DNA of 64,000 nucleotides from Alphaproteobacteria bacterium (GTDB lineage Bacteria; Pseudomonadota; Alphaproteobacteria; GCA-2731375): NCBI GenBank assembly GCA_965232515.1, contig CBDDPY010000002.1, positions 6,464,001 to 6,528,000 of the forward strand, read 5' to 3'. Shown piece by piece: positions 57,237 to 64,000 of this stretch (position 1 is its first letter; each line of letters starts with the position of its first letter). The notes under the pieces were generated by a model. It saw only the letters and a program-made list of their open reading frames with translations, ran no database searches and was not told where the DNA came from. The position numbers and the translations under genes were made by a program.

Positions 57237-57467
57237 AACCCGCTGCCGTCCGATCCCGTCCGAACCGACAACTTGACGTCCGCCTAATTTTCTTGCATTC
57301 GTCTCTGAATGTCCTAACTATGGCCGCATCAGTTCTCGCGCGAACCAGAAAGGCGCGCATCGGACCGCACAACGGCGCACGACTACTTCCGGACATCGTT
57401 GAGACTGACCAACCGTCGTTCACAAATGTTGTGAGCGGCGAATTTTGCATCGACTAGGGAAAGACGC

Positions 57468-57674
57468 ATGGCTACTGGAACCGTTAAATGGTTCAACGCA
57501 ACCAAGGGCTACGGCTTTATTACGCCGGATGACGGGTCGCGCGACGCATTCGTTCACATTTCGGCGGTGGAGCGTGCCGGCCTCGCCGACCTCGCCGAAG
57601 GCCAGAAAGTGCAGTACGAGCTGCAGACCGGCCGCAACGGCAAGCAGGCGGCGGAGAATCTGGTTCTGCTCTGA
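57468..57674 (+). CDS. cspA: Cold-shock protein
   Basis: [36 protein letters not shown]. Confidence 0.97.
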   Translation: MATGTVKWFNATKGYGFITPDDGSRDAFVHISAVERAGLADLAEGQKVQYELQTGRNGKQAAENLVLL

Positions 57675-57696
57675 TCGCAGACCTCCACCCGAATTC

Positions 57697-57733
57697 AATG
57701 GCCCGCATCGGACGATGCGGGCCATTTGTTTTT
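57697..57733 (+). terminator. Intrinsic terminator after the cold-shock gene
   Basis: AATGGCCCGCATCG-GA-CGATGCGGGCCATT followed by TGTTTTT. Confidence 0.85.
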
Positions 57734-57832
57734 GAGCCGGCCGTTTTGCCAAGTGCCGGCCGTGTATCCGTCGAGATTGCTGGAGGCGGATTGGTATAAG
57801 GTAGTCAAAACGATAAACGGCACGGGGAGGGG

Positions 57833-58387
57833 ATGCGGTTCCTTGATCTGCTGATCCGCCTGATCGCGCGCTTCAATGACGGCGCCGGACGCGTGGCCAA
57901 GGTTTTGAGCCTGTCGCTGATCGGGCTGATGACATTCGTCATCCTGTATCAGGTGTTCTTCCGCTACGTCCTGAACGCGGCGCCGTCCTGGTCGGAGGAA
58001 GTAGCCCGCTCCCTGATGGTTTGGATGACCTTCGCCGTCGCGCCGCTGGCCTACCGTTTGGGCGCCAACGTCGCGCTCGAGACCTTCCTCCGGATGTTCG
58101 GCGGGCGACTGCTGATACTGCTGGAAATCGTCATCCACCTGCTCGTGATGGCCTTCATCGTCGTCTTCTTCGAGCGGTCGCTGGATTTCGTCGAACGCGG
58201 CGCGAACATCCGCGCCACCACCTTCCCGCTGCAGATGAACTACGTCTACGCGATCCTGCCGGTCAGCTTCGCCGTCATGTTCACGGTCGGCCTCGAACAT
58301 TTGCTGACGCGGGCCAGGCGGCTGATCGATCCGTCGGGCACCGATCTACCGGACCGGCGCGCCAGCCACGCGCCCGTCGTGGACTAA
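57833..58387 (+). CDS. dctQ: TRAP transporter small permease
   Basis: QVFFRYVLN...WSEEVAR.LMVW. Confidence 0.92.
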   Translation: MRFLDLLIRLIARFNDGAGRVAKVLSLSLIGLMTFVILYQVFFRYVLNAAPSWSEEVARSLMVWMTFAVAPLAYRLGANVALETFLRMFGGRLLILLEIVIHLLVMAFIVVFFERSLDFVERGANIRATTFPLQMNYVYAILPVSFAVMFTVGLEHLLTRARRLIDPSGTDLPDRRASHAPVVD

Positions 58388-58450
58388 CGGGCTCGCCGAT
58401 GCGTCCTATGCTTCCCCGTTGGACGCCAAGGCGCTAGGCAGCGGACGCCC

Positions 58451-59737
58451 ATGTCGCTCACCTTCTTCTGGTTGCTGCTCGTCCTGATGGCGGTCGGCGT
58501 GCCGATCGTCTTTGCCATGGTGCTGGCGCCGGGCATCAGCCTGCTGATCGACGGCAAGCCGCAATTCTTCACCCTGCTGTTGACCCGCATGTACAACGGC
58601 ATCGACAGCTTTCCGCTGATGGCGATTCCGTTCTTCATCCTCGCCGGCGAGATGATGAACCGCGGCGGCATTACGGTCAGCCTGGTGCGGTTCTCGCAAT
58701 CCGTCATCGGCCATGTGCGCGGCGGCCTGGCCCAGGTCAACATCCTGTCGAGCATGCTGTTCGCGGGCTTGAGCGGCTCGGCCGTCGCCGATACCTCGGC
58801 GCTCGGCTCGATGCTGATCCCGGCGATGGAGAAGAACGGCTACACCCGCCGTTTCGCCGCGGCGGTCACCGCGGCCTCGTCGGTGATCGGCCCGATCATT
58901 CCGCCGAGCGGCATCATGATCATCTATGCCTTCATCATGAACGTCTCGGTGGCCGGCCTGTTCGCCGCCGGCATCGTGCCCGGCCTGATGGTCGGCATCG
59001 GCCTGATGCTCATGACGTCCTATCTGGCGAAGCGGCGCAACTATCCGGTGGCGAGCGAACGCGCGTCGTTCGGCGATATGGGCCGGGCATTCAAGGGCGC
59101 GTTCCTGCCGCTGCTGACGCCGCTGATCCTGCTGGGCGGCATCCTGTCCGGCGCCTTCACGCCGACCGAGGCCGCCGCCGTCGCCGCGGGCTATGCCATC
59201 GTGCTCAGCCTGTTCGTGCTGCGCACGCTGACGTTTCGCGACATGCCCGGCGTGCTGTTCAACGCGGCGCTGTCCTCGGGCGTGATCCTGCTGCTGGTCG
59301 CCGCCGCCGTCGCCTTCGCCTCGCTGGTCTCGCTGTCGGGCGCCGCCGGCAAGCTGACGGGCTTCGTGCTGTCGCTCAGCGAGAACCCGTATCTCCTGTT
59401 GTTCTGCGTCAACATCCTGCTGTTCTTCGTCGGCATGTTCCTCGACGCCGGCCCGGCGATCCTGATCCTGGGGCCAATTCTAGGTCCGACCTTCACCGGC
59501 ATGGGCGTCGAGCCGCTGCATTTCGCCATCATCATGTGCGTCAACGTCACCGTCGGGCTGGCGACGCCGCCCATGGGCCTCGTGCTGTTCGTCGCGGCGA
59601 GCATCTCGGGCGAGCCGGTCGAGAAGATCGCGCTCGAGATGCTGCCGTTTCTGCTGATCGAAGTGATCGTGATTTTCCTGATAACCTTTGTGCCGGAGCT
59701 GTCCATGACCGTGCCAAGACTGCTCGGTTTTGCCTGA
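58451..59737 (+). CDS. dctM: TRAP transporter large permease
   Basis: SFPLMAIPFFILAG, GLSGSAVAD, IIPPS, FTPTEAA, GLATPPMG. Confidence 0.96.
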   Translation: MSLTFFWLLLVLMAVGVPIVFAMVLAPGISLLIDGKPQFFTLLLTRMYNGIDSFPLMAIPFFILAGEMMNRGGITVSLVRFSQSVIGHVRGGLAQVNILSSMLFAGLSGSAVADTSALGSMLIPAMEKNGYTRRFAAAVTAASSVIGPIIPPSGIMIIYAFIMNVSVAGLFAAGIVPGLMVGIGLMLMTSYLAKRRNYPVASERASFGDMGRAFKGAFLPLLTPLILLGGILSGAFTPTEAAAVAAGYAIVLSLFVLRTLTFRDMPGVLFNAALSSGVILLLVAAAVAFASLVSLSGAAGKLTGFVLSLSENPYLLLFCVNILLFFVGMFLDAGPAILILGPILGPTFTGMGVEPLHFAIIMCVNVTVGLATPPMGLVLFVAASISGEPVEKIALEMLPFLLIEVIVIFLITFVPELSMTVPRLLGFA

Positions 59738-59796
59738 TCCGTTGTTCCCCTGGCGTAGGCGTTTGCGTGCAATCGACTAACGGGAGGAAGCAAGAC

Positions 59797-60849
59797 ATGA
59801 CACCTCGACAATTCGGGAAATTCGTCGCCGGCGGCGTGCTGGCCCTGGGCCTGGCGGTGGGCAGCGTCGCGAATGCCGCCGATTACACCCTGAAGATCGC
59901 GTTCATGGGCAGCCAGGAGGACGAGGACTTCGACGGCTCCATGGTCTTCAAGGACTTCGTCGAAGCGCATTCCAACGGCCGCATCGCGGTCGAGATCTAT
60001 CCCAGCGCCCAGCTCTGCGCCAACTTCCGCGAGTGCCTGGAGGGCGTGCAGAGCGGCGTCATCGAGATCAGCATCACCACCATCGGCGGCTTCGGCCAGG
60101 CCTTTCCGGAAGGCCAGGTGCTGGACCTGCCCTACATCTTCCGCGACGACCGGGTCGCCGAATGCGTCTTCGACGGGCCCTATGTCAGCGAGCTGCGCGA
60201 CGGCGTGCTGGCGAAGCTGCCCAACCTGCGCCTGATGGCGATCGGCAATACCGGCGGCTGGCGCAACTTCATGACCACGGGCAAGCAGATCAAGTCGCCC
60301 AGCGACGTGGCGGGCCTGAAGATCCGCACCATCCCGGCCGAGATCCAGATCGAGCTGGTCAAGCTCATGGGCGGCAACCCGACGCCGATCGCCTGGCCCG
60401 AGGTCTATACCTCGCTCGCCACCGGCGTTGCCGAGGGCACCAAGAACGGCATCACCGACATCGTCAACATGAAGTTCCACGAGCATCTGCGCTATGCCAC
60501 GCTCGACGGCCACGCCTACATGGCGGCGCTCTGGTGGATGAACAACGACCTCTTCATGGCGATGCCGTTCGAGATGCGCCGCGTCGTGCATGACGGCTTC
60601 CAGCACCTCAAGACCGTAACGCGGGCCTTCCCCATGCGCCGCTCGATCGACGCTTACGACGCCTTCAAGAAGGCTGGCGGCGCGATCTACGTGCCGAACC
60701 CCGAGGAGAAAATGGAATTCCAGGCGGCGGCCAAGCCGATGCGCGACTGGTTCGTGGCGCAGTACGGCGATACCTGGCTGAACAAGACGCTGGCCGCCGT
60801 CGAGACCTGCGAGACCAAGATCGACGCTGAGTACGCCGAGTTCAAGTAG
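59797..60849 (+). CDS. dctP: TRAP transporter substrate-binding protein
   Basis: Signal peptide, SNGRI.VEIYP, LDLPYIF, GLKIR, EVYTSLATGV; GGAGG RBS. Confidence 0.94.
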   Translation: MTPRQFGKFVAGGVLALGLAVGSVANAADYTLKIAFMGSQEDEDFDGSMVFKDFVEAHSNGRIAVEIYPSAQLCANFRECLEGVQSGVIEISITTIGGFGQAFPEGQVLDLPYIFRDDRVAECVFDGPYVSELRDGVLAKLPNLRLMAIGNTGGWRNFMTTGKQIKSPSDVAGLKIRTIPAEIQIELVKLMGGNPTPIAWPEVYTSLATGVAEGTKNGITDIVNMKFHEHLRYATLDGHAYMAALWWMNNDLFMAMPFEMRRVVHDGFQHLKTVTRAFPMRRSIDAYDAFKKAGGAIYVPNPEEKMEFQAAAKPMRDWFVAQYGDTWLNKTLAAVETCETKIDAEYAEFK

Positions 60850-60869
60850 CCGCTCGGGGACGTCCGCCG

Positions 60870-61961
60870 TCAGTCGGTGTGCAGGCAGGCGTCGCCGGTG
60901 CGCCAGGCGAGGTGAAGCGGCTGGCCTGCCGCGAAGGCGGGCCGCTCGCCGTGCGACAGGTCCTGGACCACGACCTCGGTGTCGTTCGGCAGTTGCAGGC
61001 GGTGGGCGGTCGTCAGGCCCAGATAGATCTCCTTGACGTAGCGCGCCGGCATGCTCTGCCAGTCGCCGCCGGCGGGCGCGGCGTCGTGCAGCGTCAGCAG
61101 CTCCGAGCGGATCGAGACCGCGACGGGCGCGCCTGTCTGTAGGTCCGACTGGTCGGCCTGCACGTCGACGCCCGCGAAACCAAGATCGACGGTGGCGCGG
61201 CTGCCGTTCGTCGCGGTGACCCTGCCATCGAAGATGTTGGTTTCGCCGACGAAGTCCGCCGTGAAGCGCTTGCGTGGCCGCTGGTAGATCTCACGCGGGC
61301 TGCCTTCCTCGACCAGCTTACCGTCGGCGATGAGCGCAATGCGGTCGGCCACCGTCATCGCCTCTTCCTGGTTGTGGGTGACGTGAATGAAGGTGATGCC
61401 GACCTGTTCCTGGATGCGCTTCAGCTCCAGGCACATGTCCTTCCTTAGCTTGGCGTCGAGCGCGGCCAGCGGCTCGTCCAGCAGCAGGATGTCGGCCTCC
61501 AGCACCAGTGCCCGGGCAAGCTGCACCCGCTGTTGCTGACCGCCCGACAGCTCGTGCGGCATGCGGCCGGCCAGACCCTCGAGGCCGACGAGCGCCAGCA
61601 TGTCGCCGACCTGCCGTTCGATCTCCTCGCGCGGCAGCTTGCGCAGGCGTAGGCCGTAGCCGACGTTCCGTTCCACGGTCATATGCGGGAACAGGGCGTA
61701 ACTCTGGAACACCATGGCCGTCGGCCGCAGGTTCGGCGGCAGGTCGCTGACGTCGTGCCCGTGCAACAGCACACGCCCGTCGCTCGGCCGCACGAAGCCG
61801 CCGATCAGCCGCAGCAGCGTGGTCTTGCCGCCGCCGCTCGGCCCCAGCAGCACGAAATACTGGCCGCTGTCGATGCGAACGTCGACGGCATCCAACGCCG
61901 TCACCGCGCCGTATCGTTTCGTCAGTCCCAGCGTTTCAACCGCGATGTCCTGCTCCGTCAT
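60870..61961 (-). CDS. PotA-like ABC transporter ATPase
   Basis: GPSGGGKT, VFQSYALFPHM, LSGGQQQR, LLLDEP, TOBE tail. Confidence 0.95.
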   Translation of the reverse strand: MTEQDIAVETLGLTKRYGAVTALDAVDVRIDSGQYFVLLGPSGGGKTTLLRLIGGFVRPSDGRVLLHGHDVSDLPPNLRPTAMVFQSYALFPHMTVERNVGYGLRLRKLPREEIERQVGDMLALVGLEGLAGRMPHELSGGQQQRVQLARALVLEADILLLDEPLAALDAKLRKDMCLELKRIQEQVGITFIHVTHNQEEAMTVADRIALIADGKLVEEGSPREIYQRPRKRFTADFVGETNIFDGRVTATNGSRATVDLGFAGVDVQADQSDLQTGAPVAVSIRSELLTLHDAAPAGGDWQSMPARYVKEIYLGLTTAHRLQLPNDTEVVVQDLSHGERPAFAAGQPLHLAWRTGDACLHTD

Positions 61962-61970
61962 GGCGTCCCC

Positions 61971-62861
61971 TCAGGCCGACATCTGCGGTTCGGCCCGGGC
62001 GCGGGCCTGGCGTTCGCGCCGCTCGGCCGCGGCCAGCGAATAGATCAGCACGCCGCCGATCACCGTCATCGACACCATGCTCATCATCCCGGCCATGGCG
62101 TAGGACTCGCCCGACATACCGATATTCAGCATCTGCGAGACCAGCACGTTGGAGAAGGTATCGAACCCGCCCTTCAGCAGCGCCGTGCGCACGGTCTCGT
62201 TGAAGGTCAGGATGGTCGTGAAGGCACAGGCGCTGAGCACGCCGGGGCGGATCTGCGGGAACTCGACATGCCAGAAGGCCTGCCAGGCCGTGGCGCCGCA
62301 GTTGCGCGCGGCCTCGGTCTGCTGCTCGCGATAGCGCGACATGGTGATCAGGATGACGATGAAGACATAGGGGAGCGTGTAGATCACCAGGCCGATCACC
62401 GCCGTCATGAAGCCGAGCTCGAACCAGCCGTAAAGAAACGTCAGGCCCAGTTCGTCGCCCAGCCACTCGCAGATCTGCGCCAGGTTCTTGAAATAGACCA
62501 AGAGCGCCGAGCCCATGATGTCGGCCGGCACGAACAGCGGCGTCAGCATCAGCACCAGGAACGGCACCTTGCGCCGGCTGCGGCGATAGAACTTGGCCGC
62601 CAGCACGCCCATGGGCACGGCGATGGCGACCGTCACCAGCGCCAGATAGGCCGTCCATTCCAGCGACTGCAGCAGGATCGTGTCGCCGGCAACGACGCGG
62701 TACCAGTCGAAGGTGAACTCGTAGATCCGGGCGCCGAAGCCGTGCTCGTTGAACGAGATGACGATCACGTAGAACACCGGGCTCAGCAGCATCGCCACCA
62801 CGCCCAAGAGATAAAGCCACTTCAGCCGGTGCGTCCAATCGCTGGTGAAATCGTCCCGCAT
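61971..62861 (-). CDS. PotC-like ABC permease
   Basis: EAARNCGA EAA loop, multiple TMs. Confidence 0.9.
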   Translation of the reverse strand: MRDDFTSDWTHRLKWLYLLGVVAMLLSPVFYVIVISFNEHGFGARIYEFTFDWYRVVAGDTILLQSLEWTAYLALVTVAIAVPMGVLAAKFYRRSRRKVPFLVLMLTPLFVPADIMGSALLVYFKNLAQICEWLGDELGLTFLYGWFELGFMTAVIGLVIYTLPYVFIVILITMSRYREQQTEAARNCGATAWQAFWHVEFPQIRPGVLSACAFTTILTFNETVRTALLKGGFDTFSNVLVSQMLNIGMSGESYAMAGMMSMVSMTVIGGVLIYSLAAAERRERQARARAEPQMSA

Positions 62862-62863
62862 GG

Positions 62864-63796
62864 CTAGCTGATCGGCCGGATGATCTTGGTCAGGTCGAAC
62901 AGCCGGTGGCCCACATACAGCAGCAGGATCAGCGTCGCCATCATGATGGCGCTGACCGCCATGGCCAGCGGGAAGTCGAGCGCGACGATCGCCTGATTGA
63001 CGATCAGGCCGGCATTCACCGCGCCAGGGCCGCCCAGCACCGTCGGCACCAGGGCGACGCCCAGGCTGTTGACGAAGATGAAGACGCTGCCCGCGAAGAT
63101 ACCGGGCGCGGCCAGCGGCACGATCACGTCCACGAAGGTATGCACCCGCCCGGCGCCGAGGTCGTCGCAGACCTCGAAGATGTATTTCTGCACCGCCTCC
63201 ATGGCGAGGAAGCCCGAGAACACCATGAAGGGCAGGAACGACAGCACGTCGCCAATCACCACGCCCGTGGGCGTGAACAGCAGTACCGAGATCGGCTCGT
63301 CGATCAGGCCGATCTCCATCAGGAAGCTGTTCAGCGGCCCGGTGCGTCCCAGAACCGGCCTGAGCGCGAAGACGCGCACCAGTTCCGAAATCATGAACGG
63401 CAGCACGAACAGCAGGATCACCTGATGCTGCGCCGTCTGCGGCAGGCGGCGGCGGACGAAGACGGCGATTGGAAAGCCGATGGCGAACGAGATCACCACG
63501 GCGATCGCCGAATGGAACATCGAATAGAGGTAGTTCTCGGCCCGGGCTGAAGTGAAGAAGTTCTCATATGCGAACAGCGTGAAGCCGGGCTCCATCCAGA
63601 ACTGCGTGCGCTCGAAGAAGCTCCAGACCACGGTCAGCAGCATGGGCAGCGCGAAGAACAGCAGCATGAAGGCGAGGGGCAGATAGAACGCCAGCTTCTG
63701 CAGCCCCCGCTCGCCGATGAGCGCGCGCAGCCGCGACCCGGCGGCCGGATGTCGCCGGCCGCCGCGGTACGCGTTACGGGTGGTCGTGGTCGACAG
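62864..63796 (-). CDS. PotB-like ABC permease (start uncertain: CTG 63796 or ATG 63667)
   Basis: DLGA...TF.DV..PL..PGI, multiple TMs; frame open upstream to a CTG behind GAGGGA. Confidence 0.88.
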   Translation of the reverse strand: MSTTTTRNAYRGGRRHPAAGSRLRALIGERGLQKLAFYLPLAFMLLFFALPMLLTVVWSFFERTQFWMEPGFTLFAYENFFTSARAENYLYSMFHSAIAVVISFAIGFPIAVFVRRRLPQTAQHQVILLFVLPFMISELVRVFALRPVLGRTGPLNSFLMEIGLIDEPISVLLFTPTGVVIGDVLSFLPFMVFSGFLAMEAVQKYIFEVCDDLGAGRVHTFVDVIVPLAAPGIFAGSVFIFVNSLGVALVPTVLGGPGAVNAGLIVNQAIVALDFPLAMAVSAIMMATLILLLYVGHRLFDLTKIIRPIS

Positions 63797-63808
63797 TGGG
63801 CCGGTCCC

Positions 63809-64000
63809 TCAGGCCGCCTGCAGCCGGGCCCACCAGTCCTGATAGGCGCGGATGTTCGTCGGGAACACGTTCTGCCAGGCGTTGCCCTTGACGGCATAAC
63901 GCTTGTTCTTGTTCGCCAGGCGCTGGGCCAGCACGTCGCGCGTGCCGGCATCGAACGTGTCGGGGTTCGCCGCCATATAGGCGTCGACGCCCTGCATCTG
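63809..64000 (-). CDS. C-terminal end of an ABC substrate-binding protein (partial)
   Basis: Ends AYQDWWARLQAA, upstream of the permeases. Confidence 0.7.
   Translation of the reverse strand, partial: QMQGVDAYMAANPDTFDAGTRDVLAQRLANKNKRYAVKGNAWQNVFPTNIRAYQDWWARLQAA

Noticed and set aside
57248-57262. GTCCG-N5-GTCCG upstream of cspA
   Set aside because: Spacer is 5 rather than 6, it is outside the island, and a separate sigma70-like promoter follows
3112-63550. Many long antisense or overlapping ORFs (e.g. 3112..4335, 7974..9347, 26138..27415, 50440..51876, 59191..60606)
   Set aside because: High-GC shadows of well-supported genes on the opposite strand
1-64000. CRISPR array, tRNA/rRNA, IS element or integrase
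   Set aside because: No regularly spaced repeats, cloverleafs or transposase/recombinase motifs seen

Overview
GC-rich (Alphaproteobacteria-like) DNA. About 1-52.3 kb is a non-flagellar type III secretion (T3SS) island with Ysc-type gene order. It has sctRQPON with an upstream STAS anti-anti-sigma gene, a divergent sctW-sycN-sctX-sctY-sctV operon ending in a membrane sensor PP2C phosphatase, and a lcrG-lcrV-sycD-yopB-yopD-like translocon operon. Between these lie eight CesT-like class I chaperones, seven of them next to large proteins with no family I recognise (candidate effectors, 333-1876 aa). The same region has a lone GspD-type lipoprotein secretin, an OmpR-winged-helix/AAA regulator, and MarC/MFS genes. 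Reading the intergenic DNA shows a recurring direct-repeat box, GTC(C/A)R-N6-GTC(C/A)R, upstream of almost every transcription unit in the island. One copy precedes no credible ORF and instead drives a structured putative sRNA of about 170 nt with an anti-Shine-Dalgarno loop. From about 53 kb the window is ordinary: LLM oxidoreductase, TPR-sulfotransferase, aspartic protease, cold-shock protein, TRAP and Pot-like ABC transporters. sctC/D/F/J/L/S/T/U, an RsbW-type kinase and a sigma factor are not visible and may lie left of the window. All calls are by eye from motifs and synteny; no database searches were run.
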